Assembly: GCA_013265495.1 (NCBI GenBank)
Contig: MU057989.1
Coordinates: forward strand, 1,877,513-1,941,512
Direction: 5' to 3'
From: Vicugna vicugna
Taxonomy: Eukaryota
DNA length: 64,000 nucleotides
Position numbers and translations under genes: made by a program. Under the pieces are notes generated by a model, which was not told where the DNA came from, searched no databases, and saw only the letters and a list, made by a program, of their open reading frames with translations. Shown here piece after piece: positions 40,416-54,045 of this stretch (its first letter is position 1; every line of letters starts with the position of its first letter).

Positions 40416-41023
40416 CTACAAGAGGACTGAAATGATTAGAAGGCCATTATGAACTGAAGAGAGCTACCCCACTTGGACACTACCTGGAAACACAGTGTGG
40501 GCAGTGAGGGAGCAGGCCCTGCACAGAAGGGACAGAACAGAGAAAATGTGGTCCCAAATCAGAAACAGAGTAGGGCCAGGGTATCACCCTAGGATGCTGA
40601 TTCATTGTTCTCACAAGTATCCAACATTTCTGATTACCCTATGGGAGTCACCTTTTAAAAAAGTCTACCTGTAAGACTGCTAGCCTTTTCCTATTTACAA
40701 GTAAAAATAACATATTTCCCACTTAAAAAGGAGTAATAATAATTTTCAATAAAGTTACATTAAAAGAACTAAATTTGTTTCCCACTTCAGAAGCAGTATA
40801 ATAAGTCTAATCAAAATATGCCATCAGCTCTAGGAGCTCAGAAGACAGTAAAGCACAGTGTTGTATACAGCAGTGCCTCCACCTACCCAGAAGCAGAAGC
40901 AAGTGCTCCATTGTGGTCATAAGCTGTGTCTAAGATCTATGTAGCTGTCCCAACAGCTGCCAAGAGGAGGAACGCGTGAAACAGTCCTTTCCTGCTCACA
41001 GTTCCACCTGAACCAGCTCTTAC

Positions 41024-41154
41024 CTGGGCAGCAGCCTCCTCGTAGCCGGTGGTGCCGTTGATCTGCCCAGCGAAGAAGAGCCGCTGCACCAGCTGAGTCT
41101 CGAGGGAAGGGCTGATCTGACGGGGGTCCAGATAGTCATACTGCACGCCATAGC
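41024..41154 (-). CDS. MTO1: MTO1 exon 7
   Basis: ag|(G)YGVQYDY...[18 protein letters not shown]|gtaag. Confidence 0.97.
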
Positions 41155-41360
41155 CTGGCCCGAGGAGAAACGGCGCAGGGTGAGTACAAACGGCGCTGGA
41201 TCTGCCTCCAGACAGAGATGCCAAGATGACCATTAATTAAAGGCTCTTCAAAAGCAAAGCCTAGTTTAAGTGCACAGGTGCTGGGCTCTGCTCTCTGAGG
41301 CTCTGAGAGCACGGCTGTCGCTGGGGTCCCCACACTCCCCGCCAAGTGGTGCTGAGCTCA

Positions 41361-41600
<240 letters not shown>

Positions 41601-41662
41601 TCAGACTTGGATGAAACAAACAACAGAGGGTTGACGTCACCGTTCTCAGTTCTTGTCCTTAC

Positions 41663-41775
41663 CGGGGCCCTCTTGTGGTCTCCTTAATATGACTGTTAAG
41701 GTGAAGGTTCTCTAGGACAATCTCATCCACTCGAGGGTCGGTGTGAGTCAGGTAACATGGCAGCTGATCTTCCGG
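41663..41775 (-). CDS. MTO1: MTO1 exon 5
   Basis: ag|[37 protein letters not shown](R)|gtaag. Confidence 0.94.
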
Positions 41776-42405
41776 CTGAAACACAGGAACTGGATACCAC
41801 ACTGCTCTGCTTCTGTATAAGTCTGCCTCATATTCCAATAAATTCTACCCATGATGCGCACTCACTTTTATAGACACGAAATCTACGCAAAATGCCAAAT
41901 ATTAATAATGATGAAGTGATCTTGACAAAAACCACCCAAAAGATGAACCTAAATTTAAGTAAGCCTCCAGATCTACCAATTTACGGGAAATACAGAGGAT
42001 GCAGGAACATGTTTAAGGCACCAGACAGATGAAACCAGACAAATCTAGAATGTGGGAAATTCCAGAAGAAATGACTCAGTTTCTTCCATATGTAAATTAA
42101 AAAAAAAGGGAGGGGGCCTGTGATAAGACACATCATTCAATGTAACGTGTGGACTTTTCTTGGTTTTTGATTCAGATAAAACAACTGTAAAAAAAAAATT
42201 TAAAATAAGCATTTTAAAAAAACTGTAAGAAACAACTAGGGAAAATTTGCACTGAATATCAAATGATGTTAAGAAATTATCTTGCTAGCTGTGATAACAG
42301 TACTGTGGCTGATTTTTATAAAGTTCTTATCTGTTAAAGACACAGACCAAAGTATGAGTAAAATGATGCGATATCTGGGATTGTTGCTTTACAACTCAGC
42401 AAGAA

Positions 42406-42610
42406 TAGGGTCTGAGTAGAGCTCAGTGGTAGAGCGCGTGTTTGGCCTGCATGAGGTCCTGAGTTCAATCTCTAGTGCTGCTGTTAAGGGGGAAAAAAAA
42501 GGAAAAAACAAAACTCAGCACAAGAACAGGGTGAGGGGTAGAGCTCAGTGGCAGAGCACATGGTTGGCATGCATGAGGTCCTGGGTTCAATCCCCAGTGC
42601 CTCCAAAAAA
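42406..42610 (+). mobile_element. Two tandem tRNA-derived SINEs within an old L1 3' region
   Basis: AACTCAGC(AC)AAGAA occurs before, between and after the two copies. Confidence 0.85.
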
Positions 42611-43644
42611 CTCAGCAAGAACAAAGTGTTGAGAAAAAGATGAAACAAGAATGTCAAAAAATGTTATTGAATCTGGGTGATGGACACATACAGATTCATT
42701 ATAATGTTTTTTTTCCCTACTTTCTGTAAACTTGAAAATGTATAATAAGTTTAAAAATATACACACTAAGAAAGTATCATCATGTTTACATTTTACCAAA
42801 GTAAAAATATAAAAGCGATTTATTCAAAATAACAGAATATTTGGAGCCACTCATCAGGATAATACTCACCAGAAACTAGGACCGTCAATTATTAGTCCTC
42901 TATTCTAAACACACAATATACATTTTTTTTTAAATTCAAAGGATAGGCAAAAGTAGCCTATATCCTCAAAAAATGTCAGTACCGTGAAAGACTGAGGGAC
43001 AGTTCCAGATTAGAGAGAAATGACAATCAGATGCAGTATCCTAGATTGGGGAAAAAAGGTTAGCACAAAAAAAATATTGGGACAATCAGCAAAATCTCAC
43101 TATGGATTTTATCTTAGATAACAGGACTGTGTCAGTGTTAAATCCCCCGACTCCCATCACTGCACTGAGGCTACGTAGGGGGGTGTCTTGTGATCAGTTG
43201 AGATGCAGATGAAGTATTCGCAGGTAAAGGGTCACGATCTCTGCAATTTACTCTTAAATGTTTTAGGAAAAGAAAAAGGACTAAAAATAAATGTGTATAC
43301 TACTGTTTTATACATTAAATATACACATGTATCTATATGTCTACATGGAGAGAGGGCAAAATATTAACAATAGGTGAATTTCAGTGGTTTACAGCAGTTT
43401 GTTTTAATAGTTTTACAACTTTTCTATAGGTCTGAAATTATTTCAAAAAGTTTAAACAGGCAAAGTTATCACAGTAATGAAATTTGACAATTTGGGGGGA
43501 AAGACCTAAATAGCCAACTCAGCCTATGCTTTTAAAGATCACTTTTTTGCACTCTAATAGTGATGGAAAGTGAATTGTCACCAATTGAAAAAAGAAAAAA
43601 AGGAAATGGTCGGTCTGTATCCTCTGCGTAAAGCCAGGTTCTCA

Positions 43645-44070
<426 letters not shown>

Positions 44071-46059
44071 CTACAGAAAACCAGTTGTTTTTAGAAACTT
44101 GAAAAAGATTTAAAATCAGTAAGAAGGCTGTATGTTATCAATCTAAAGAATCCAAGAACACTGAGGGGAGAGCATAATGTGTTATGACCAATTTACATGT
44201 TCCTGAAGAGTTAGTCTCAGTTAATTTTTTTAATTAATTAATTTTATTTTGTCTTCAAGTAGTGTTTCTTAATTTCTATGTATACAGCAGATTGTGCAAA
44301 CTATTAATCTTTCCACTAGAATAATTCAGGTTTGTACAGGTGATCATGAAAAGGCCAATAAGGTCTATTCTGTGAATACAGGTATATTAGTTATCTATTG
44401 CTTTATGATAAGTTGCTCCATCACTTACCAGCTTAAAATAAAAATTTATTATCACAGTTTCTGTGGATCAGGAACATTAATTCTAGACTTCTGGTGAAAT
44501 ACGACAGACTACCTCAGATGATTTCTTCTCCCTCCTGAAACTCCAAGAAAATGAAATAAAGGGGCAAAAAAGATATGAAACCACAAGGACATGTAATGGG
44601 AAAGAACTTGTCAAAAGATGAGAAATTTCATATACTCTGGGAAGACAGAAGGAGGTGGGAAGAGTGAGACCTGATGTGCAGAGGAAGGAGCCCGGAACTC
44701 AGGAACCTGGAGAGACCATGAGGACAGGCAACTAACTGGCCTTTAAGGGCTCAGGAACTGGGGGATGGAAACGGACATGAGAAACACAGGCCTGAAGGCG
44801 GGGCTGACAACGGGAGAAACAGCTGAAATTAGCACGTGATGGTTTGTCTGCAGATAGATCCGTCTCACGGGAAGATGTAGGTTAGTTCTTTGGGTGACAA
44901 GGAGTTACTGTTTAACGGGTACAGAACTTCTGTTCTAGGAATGGAGAGTGGTGACAGCTGCCCAACACTTAAATGGCACTGAATTCCACACTTAAAAATG
45001 GCTAAAATGGTAAATTTTATATTATGCATATTTTGCTGTAATAAAAACTGTGTTGTTTTGGCCCCATAAAATATAAACAGGGTCCAAAAATGGCATTTGA
45101 AGATAGTAAATTAAGTAATAGATGTATAAATAATTTAAAGGTTAAAAAGTCTATGCTAATAAAAATAATATAATCATTAACCCTGGAGTGGAAAAGAGGC
45201 AGGGGAGAGAAAAGGAAATGAAAATAAAACTAGTAACTGTTCACAGAGGGAAGTCAGTAATCAGACTGTAAAAACTGACAGAAGAAAGAGAAGATTAAAT
45301 ATATAATATAAAATCATTCAGTTATTAAAGCAATCACAGAACACAAACACAAACTTTTAAGAAAGAAACGTAACTCTCCCAAGCAAAGCTAACACAGACC
45401 AAGTGGTTGGAAAAAAAAGTACAGAACGGCGTGTACAATATGCTACTGTTATGAGGGAAGAATATATATAAATACACACAGGTGCACCTGAAGACACAGT
45501 GAACGCACAGGCCGAGACCAGTGATGCTTCTGAGGGAGAAACCGGCTGCTGGGGGCACAGACGGGAGAGACCACCCTTCCCTCCGCCTGCTTTCTCCCCT
45601 TAAACTGTTCCCCGTGAATACGTACCCCCATGCAAATTAATTAGTCCATGATAAAAATTAATTTTACAACAGGGCAAAGGGGTCAGGATTTGTATTTTAA
45701 ACAATGAGACCCCCTCACTGCGCCCCCCAGTACCGCCCCGCCTGTAGTGCTGTTCCCAGAGCACCAGCAAGCGGCCAGCAGGCCCCTGGCCAGAGCACCT
45801 TCTGCTCCTGCCGACTAACACAAATCGATGTTTGGGAGTTCCCCAACAAAAAGGCCAGTTCAACCCCTCATCACCAGATACAGTGTTGGCCAAGCGATAA
45901 AATTAACTGTGCACACACAAATCTTCCAATCATGTTTTAGCGCCTCATTTAAAAGTTGGAACAGACACCAACGTTTCCTAGACACTCGAGGAAAGAGACC
46001 CGGAAACAGGCATTGCAAATAGGCAAACAGGATGAAGAAATCTGGAGAAAACAACACAT

Positions 46060-46720
46060 AGGTCAGAAGGAAACTTCAAGAATCAACCATTTAAGTCCTT
46101 AAATAGATTTGAGAAGATATTAAATTCAGAAACCAAAAACAAGATGTCAAGACAAAGAAATATCAAAAAAAAAAAAGACGCTGTTTATAAAAGAAAAACA
46201 CCATAAACTTTAAAAAAGGATTTGGACAAAAAAAGTTAAGGAAATCTCCTGAAAGTATGGCAAAATGACAAGAAAGAAAAATAGAAGAAACCTGGAAGAC
46301 CAATCCAGGAAGGGACAGGAGTTTCAGAAAGGGAACATGGGAGAAACAACTGAAAAACACACCCAGAAATCAGGGACAGGTTTCTGGGTTAAAAGGGGAA
46401 CATCGAGTCTCCCACAATGAACGAAGACAACTAAGGGGCATCATTTAAACATTTCAGAACACCACAGGCAAATACAAGAGCCTAGAGGCTTTCCAGAAAA
46501 AAAAAAGTCAGATACAAAACAATTTAAATCACTCTGTGTTTAGTTTCTCAATAGCAAAGCTGGAAGCTAGAAGATACAAGAGCAAGACTGTCACAGTTCT
46601 CAGGAAAGAAGATTTAAACTAGAATTCTATTCTCAGCCAGATGAAGAGTCGTGTCTAAGGAGAGAATATATTTCTAGATGTGCAAGGACTCAAAAACCCT
46701 GCTTCCCGCATACCTTTGCT
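46060..46720 (+). mobile_element. Ancient L1/HAL1 ORF1-region remnant
   Basis: A-rich; TTCTCAATAGCAAAGCTGGAAGCTAGAAGA and CTAGAATTCTATTCTCAGCCA resemble the L1 ORF1 C-terminal region. Confidence 0.5.
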
Positions 46721-47398
46721 CTGGAAGCTACTGGGGGATGTGGCCCAGCAAACTGAGGCAGGGAGGAGGAGGCAGCCAGACAATCAGGGACGATGTCACA
46801 CAGCAAAGCAGGGAAAGGACATCTCAAACGACATCTGTGCACAGGCCGAGAGAGCAAGGGTCTGAGTGTCGCAGGCAGGGTGTGGGGGCCGCGGAGGCTG
46901 ACGCCTCTGGAGGAAAGCATCAGAGGGAAGACCGGGGCCGGCAGACTGAACAATGAGGAAGTGACAGCTCCTCTGATGGAAGAGTCGGAAGTTTTCTAAT
47001 GAAAAAGGTTGGTACACAGGACAAATGAACAAATGAAACATACTATTCAGATCTGCAGTGAACAGTATTTAAATAATCATAATAATTTAAATACTATCAA
47101 CCAAATTTATTTGACGGATGGAGGGAAGGAAAGTGGGACGTTAAAGAGAGCTACCATAAAAAAGGTTAATGAAGTCTACGACTGGCAATTTAGGGAGTGA
47201 AGTATGAGCCCAGCATTTAGAGACGTGTAAGCGCGTCTCAGGAGCGACAACTCAGACAGCTGATGCCGTGAAGTCTGCAGCGGGACATGACAGACAGAAA
47301 CTGTTTTCCCCCACACACTCAAATGCTATGTGATTTTTGTAAAACGGACGTGCATGTGTTATTTTGATTAAAAATACACGACTCACAAAAACGTACAT

Positions 47399-47535
47399 GG
47401 GGGAGGGTACAGCTCAGTGGTAGAGTGCACGCTTAGCGCGCACAAGGTCCTGGGTTCAATCCCCAGTACCTCCATTAAAAATAACTAAATAAAAGCCTAA
47501 TTACTCCCCCTCAAAAAAATAAAATAAATAAATGT
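47399..47535 (+). mobile_element. tRNA-derived SINE in MTO1 intron 3
   Basis: Same family. Confidence 0.93.
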
Positions 47536-47874
47536 ATACAATTATCTTATAAAATATAAATTCAAAGTATTGAAAGTCAGAACTAAGAAAAAGACAAATG
47601 ACAACAGAAATACCAGGAGAAGAACAATAATAAAAACAAACAAAAAACAAAAAAAGAAATACCAGGAGGAGAAGACACACTCATGCAGGCTATGAAGTCC
47701 CACACTAACACGGTACAGGAAATGAAAGAAATGTGCTTTTTTCATACAGTTTCCCCCATCCATGAAGAGAAAACACAGTGATTTCCTGGGGTGAACAGAG
47801 CGCCCCCCTCCTCTGCTCGACGCCGCGCTCCCCCGGAGTCAGACACCGTTACCACCACCGGGGGGCGCACTCAC

Positions 47875-47992
47875 CCAGCACGACGCCCCTGACGCGGAAG
47901 CTCCCCGGGCGCTGGGGCTCCGGCTTGGCTAGGAGGAGGTCCTCCACGGCTCCCTCCCGCACGGCGAGCAGCGGCGTGTTTAGGATTTCCTT
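47875..47992 (-). CDS. MTO1: MTO1 exon 3
   Basis: Hand translation: ag|[39 protein letters not shown]|gtgagt. Confidence 0.93.
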
Positions 47993-47998
47993 CTGTCA

Positions 47999-48298
<300 letters not shown>

Positions 48299-49129
48299 CT
48301 ATATACGAGTACCTCATACACAGTTGAGTCCTGACAGGGAGATGCCTGTCCAGGTGAGGAGCATCCTCTCATGCAACAAAATAAAAACTTGCAGCAAACA
48401 CTAAAACAACACGCCGAAGTCCCAGTGGGATTTAAGAGGTATTCAGGGCATCCTGGAAGACAAAGTAGTTTCTTTTGAAACTTTCCCTTGTGCATATTTT
48501 TACTATTTCAGTAGGTTTTCTTTTCCTGTTCAGTGAGATTTTGAAATCCTCACCTCATGAAACCTTCCCAAACAAGTGTACTTTTAAGAAGTCCCCTTGC
48601 ACTGGTTCGCTATTACAATCAATTAACTCTTCCATAAATACCATCTGCTATTTCTTATGCTTACTTTGCAGAAATAATTAAATGATAAGCGTTCTGAAAG
48701 TAGAACCACACTTTATACCTTCTCTTTAAATTCCCCTAGTCTTACTTGGACATCTAAACTCGAGTGGTTACCTCCAAGGTTTCTGCGGGCACTGGAGGGG
48801 TGGGAAAGCTATCTCAACGATCTGTGGGTCCATTGTGGTCAGCACTGAGCCCCACAAAAGTTTCCATGTTCTCCAGAGGGATGGCTGAACAGTGCTGTGA
48901 TTAGGAGCCTGGGTTAGGAGTGAGTGAACGAGATCTGACTCAGTTCCTAGATCCACCACTTGCAAGCTCCATGTGATTTTGGCAAATTATCTAATATTCT
49001 GTACCTTCGTGGCCCTACTGGAAAAACAGGACTGACAGCTGTGGTGGATTATGTCTCCTCCTCCTCTGATACAGAATCACTGTTTATTCAGGTAAACATT
49101 TTCTCCTGTGAGGCTTTTTTAAAAAATTA

Positions 49130-49156
49130 TTTTTTCCCAGGGGGAAGGTAATTAGG

Positions 49157-49194
<38 letters not shown>

Positions 49195-49300
49195 CATCAT
49201 CATCATCATCATCATCATCATCGAGGAGGTACTGGGGATTGAACCCAGGACCTTATGCATGCAAAGCATGTGCTCTACCACTAAGCTGTACCCTCCCCCC
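49130..49300 (-). mobile_element. tRNA-derived SINE in MTO1 intron 1
   Basis: Same family; TGAGGCT on both flanks. Confidence 0.93.
49158..49222 (+). repeat. Compound (ATT)n(ATC)n microsatellite inside the SINE
   Basis: Direct reading. Confidence 0.97.
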
Positions 49301-50341
49301 TCCCATGAGGCTCTGTGTTTGGGGAGTGTAACCTAAACTCAGTTTAGAGGTAAGTATTGATCTAAAAGTAATCATGGTAATCATGTTCCTACTTGCCAGT
49401 GGGTCTGGTTTAAGGGTAGGAAATAAGTCATGAGGGGTGAGCTGTGGGGGGCGATCTCTAGGAAACTTTTTATTTCTTTAAAGAGATACAACTTTCTTCT
49501 GCTGAAAGTTGTCAAACCTGGATGCAACACCTGGATCGACTGCAGCCATTTTGCAGTCATAAGACAGCTAACCTGAAAACAACCCAAGAGTGGCACACTG
49601 AAGATATGGAAGGAAGGCTGCTGAATTAACCAGGCTTAGACCTGATCTACCTGTAGACTTCTTGTTAGAAAATAAATTCTCCTCTTTGTTTATACTAATT
49701 GAATAAGGAGTTGTTACCTGCAGAATGAGACAGCATACAGAAAGCAATCAGCACAGTGTCTGGCATGGAGTAAGCAATAAACAACATTTACTAATAATTA
49801 TTTTGATTTATATTTCCTACTTCAGGGTAAAATATTCTTTGCTTCTGATCTTTACCTTTTAAACATCACATGATTTTCTTGAATTGGTTTTTGTACATCT
49901 ATTTTTCATCATAAATAATTTTTCATCACCAGCAACGTTGAAAAAAATTCTTCTATTTTCTTAAATGTGTAAAATATTACTAAGTATCTTACATGCATAT
50001 CTTAGGAAAGTGCTCCCTACACTTTCTATAAAATCAATCAACATAAATAATGAATACTTATCCTATCATTGAGTTTCTAATTCAATATAGTATTTCATAT
50101 ACAAATGTTAAACTATTTTATTAAAGAATAAGAAGTAGAGAGGAGAGTATAATGAATCTCCAATCATCCAGCTCCAATCTTAGGTCTTTCATAGCTCTAC
50201 TCACTTCGCTCTCTCCCAGGTATCATATTAACTGTCAAACTGCAGACAAGGACTATTTTGTGTAGAGAAAAAATCATACAGAAACACATAATAATTTAAT
50301 TACACCTCAAACATTTAAATTGCTTGTTTGACTTGTTTTGT

Positions 50342-50450
50342 GGGGAAGGTAATTAGGTTTATTTATTTTAATGGAGGTACGGGGGATTGAACCCAGGACC
50401 TAGTGCATGCTAGGCATGTGCTCCACCACTGAGCTATATAGCCTACCCCT
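50342..50450 (-). mobile_element. tRNA-derived SINE
   Basis: Same family; ATTGCTTG on both flanks. Confidence 0.9.
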
Positions 50451-50548
50451 GGAGATTGCTTGCTAATGAATAAATAACCAAAACATAAACTAGGTGTGTG
50501 GAATGACATCACCAACTATGATTTTTTCTGTTACTCTGTACCACTCTT

Positions 50549-50750
50549 TTTTTATTCTTGGAGTAGAGTCAATTACAATGTGTCAGTTTCTGGTGTATAG
50601 CACAATGTCCCAGTAATGCATATACATTCATTTTCATATTCTTCCATTAAAGGTTATTACAAGATATTAAACATAGTTCCCTGTGCTATACAGAAGAAAT
50701 TTTTTCTAAACATATTTTTATATATAGTGACTAACATATGTAAATCTCAA
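50549..50750 (-). mobile_element. Short L1 3'-end insertion with 16-bp TSD
   Basis: ACTCTGTACCACTCTT at 50533-50548 and 50751-50766. Confidence 0.82.
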
Positions 50751-51601
50751 ACTCTGTACCACTCTTAAGTAATCCTCTTCCCATTTTAGAGAGGACACAT
50801 CACAGGTACTTTTAAGATAGAGGTCATAACCCAGTGGGTTGCCTGTAGTATTTGATATAGTTTGATATACACAAGGCTTTTGTTAAAAACAAACAAATAA
50901 AACAACGAATGGGGATGTATTTTCCAGTTCACCACTGCTGCCATTACTCCATGTTGTTTATACCCACCTAGCTTCATACATTTAAATTTATGTGTCTGCC
51001 TCTTGGAGCAAATAAACTTGTGATCCCTGTTTTAGATACTGTTACTCATCAAACTGACTAAGCTTTTCACTAAACATGCTCATTGCATGTCTTGTTCACA
51101 TCATTATAGAATAGATGCGGATCATCCAGCGAGGAGCAGCTCAAAAGGAAAAAAAAAAAAGGAAAGAAAGAAATTGCTTTTTCTTAGTAGCACATACTAT
51201 TCTAAAAATGGCCAGTGTGGTTACCAACAAGAGCAGTTTTGATTCCTTTTTCTTAAAACAATTGCTTCTAAGGAATAAAAGCATTTCCTACTGTGAAAAA
51301 AAAATCCCCAAATGAAAAAAACAAAATGACTTAGCTTTTAATTCACTATGTATCCATTAATCTTTTAAAAAATATCTGAATCTCACTAATTTCTGAGATC
51401 TCAAACTTTCATCCTGAGAAATGAGTCTTCTCATATATAGGAGGAAAAAAAAGCTCAAACTAAGAATAAATTACTGAAATTCTACCACTTCCTTACATCT
51501 CTAAACTAAATAACTTCTAGGCACTTATTGAATTAGTGTATAATATGCCTATTTATAAAATTTACATTTTTGAGAATCAAATGCAAAGAAATCCTTGTCT
51601 T

Positions 51602-54045
51602 ACAAGGATGTCCACTCTTGTCACTTTTATTCAACACAGTTTTAAAAGTCCTAGGCACAGCAATCACAGAAGAAATAAAAGGAATCCACATGTGAAAGAA
51701 GTAAAACTTAACAACAAAAAAGTGAAACTGTCCCCTGTTTGCAGATGACATGATACTACACATAGGAAGTCCTTAAAGACACCACCACAAATCTACTAGA
51801 GCTCATCAATGAATTCAGTAAAGTTGCAGGATACAAAATTAACACACAGAAATCTGTTGCATTTTTATACACTAACACCTCTATCAGAAGGAGAGATTAA
51901 GGAAACAACCCCATTTACCATCGCGTCAAAAAGAATAAAATACCTAGGAATAAGTCTACCTAAGAAGGCAAAGTACCTGTACTTTGAAAACTATAAGACA
52001 TTGATGAAAGAACACAAACAGATGGAAAGATATACCATGTTCTTGAATTGGAAGAATTAATATTGTTAAAATGGCCATACTAACCAAGGCAATCTACAGA
52101 TTCAATGCAATCCCTATCAAATTACCAATGACATTTCTCACAGAACTGGAACAAACACATAGTTAAATTTGTATGGAAACACAGAAGACCTCAAATGGCC
52201 AAAACAATCTTGAGAAAGAACAGAGCTGGAGGAATCACGCTCCTTGACTGCAGGCTATACTACAAAGCTACAGTAATCAAAACAGTGTGGTACTGGTACA
52301 AAAACAGACACATAGATCAATGAAACAGGACAGAAAGTCCAGCAATAAACCTATGCACTTATGGTCAATTAATCTAAGACAAAGGAGGCAAGAATATACA
52401 ATGGAGAAGAGATAGTCTCTTCAACAAGTGGTGATGGGACAGCTGCATGTAAAAGAATGAAATCAGAACATTCTGTAACAGCATATACAAAAATAAACTC
52501 AAAATGAGCTAAAGACCTAAATGTAAGACCAGATGCTATAAAACTTCTAGATGAAAACGTAGACAGAACACTCTGATACAAACTGCAGCAATATATTTTT
52601 TTGAACCAGCTCCTAAGTAATGGAAATAGAAGCAAAAATAAGCAAATGTAACTTGATTAATCTTTAAAGCTTTTGTACAGCAAAGGAAACCATTAACAAA
52701 ATGAAAAGACAACCCACAGAATGGGGAAAAAAACTGCAAATAATGAAACTGACAAGCGACTAATTTCCAAAATATACAAACAGCTTATACAGCTTAATAT
52801 CAAAAAACAAACAACCCAATCAAAAATGGGCAAAAACTTAAACAGACATTTCTCCAAAGAAGATATCCAGATGGCCAACAGGCACATGAAAAGATGCTCA
52901 ATATTGCTAATTATTAGAGAAATGCAAATCAAAACTACAAGTTATCACTTCACATCAATCAGAATGTCCATTATTAAAGTCTACAAATAATAAATGCTGG
53001 AGAGGGTATGGAGAAAAAGAAATCCTTTTACATTGTTAGTGGGAATGTAAATTGGTGTAGCCACTATGGAAAACAGTATGGAGGTTCCTTAAAAAACTAA
53101 AAATAGACTTACCATATGATCCAGTAATCCCACTCCTGGACATATCATATATTGGGAGAAAACTATAATTCGAAAGACACAGGCACTCCAGTGTTCATAG
53201 CAGCACTATTTACAATAGCCAAGACATGAGTTATCACTTCACATCAATCAGAATGTCCATTATTAAAGTCTACAAATAATAAATGCTGGAGAGGGTATGG
53301 AGAAAAAGAAATCCTTTTACATTGTTAGTGGGAATGTAAATTGGTGTAGCCACTATGGAAAACAGTATGGAGGTTCCTTAAAAAACTAAAAATAGACTTA
53401 CCATATGATCCAGTAATCCCACTCCTGGACATATCATATATTGGGAGAAAACTATAATTCGAAAGACACAGGCACTCCAGTGTTCATAGCAGCACTATTT
53501 ACAATAGCCAAGACATGGAAACAACCTAAATGTCCCATCAACAGAGGACTTGATAAAAATGTGATATATCTATACAATGGAATACTACTCAGCCATAAAA
53601 AGAACAAAATTATGCCATTCGCAGCAACATGGATGGACCTAGAAATTATCATATTAAGTGAAGTGAATCAGAGGAAGATAAATATCATATGATATCACTT
53701 ATATGTGAAATCTAAAAAAAATTGATACAAATCTTATTACAAACCAAAAATAGTCTCATGGACATAGAAAATAAACTATGGTTACCAAGGGGAAAAGGGC
53801 AGGGGAGGGATAAATTATGAGTTTGGCATTAACAGATACACATTACTATATGTAAAATCGATAAACAACCAGGATCTACTGTTTAGCACAGGGAACTATA
53901 TTCAGTGTCTTGTAATAACATATAATGGAAAAGAATCTGAAAAAAAAGTATGTATGTATATAACTGAATTGCTTCATTGTACACCTGAAACTAACACTGA
54001 AAATCAACTACACTTCAATGAAAAACAATATTTAAAAAAAAGAAA
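51602..54045 (+). mobile_element. 5'-truncated decayed L1 (RT domain to 3' UTR), antisense to MTO1 in intron 1
   Basis: TTTGCAGATGACATGATA (FADDMI), fragments IKYLGI and [18 protein letters not shown], frameshifts, A-tail; GAAATCCTTGT at 51588-51598 and 54054-54064. Confidence 0.95.
52940..53517 (+). repeat. 289-bp tandem duplication inside the L1
   Basis: 52940-53228 and 53229-53517 read as identical. Confidence 0.93.

Noticed and set aside
49084..49281. ORF with poly-Met and poly-Ile runs
   Set aside because: Translation of the (ATT)n(ATC)n microsatellite inside a SINE.
51809..53692. L1 ORF2-like ORFs as an active reverse transcriptase
   Set aside because: The element is 5'-truncated and broken by frameshifts and stops.
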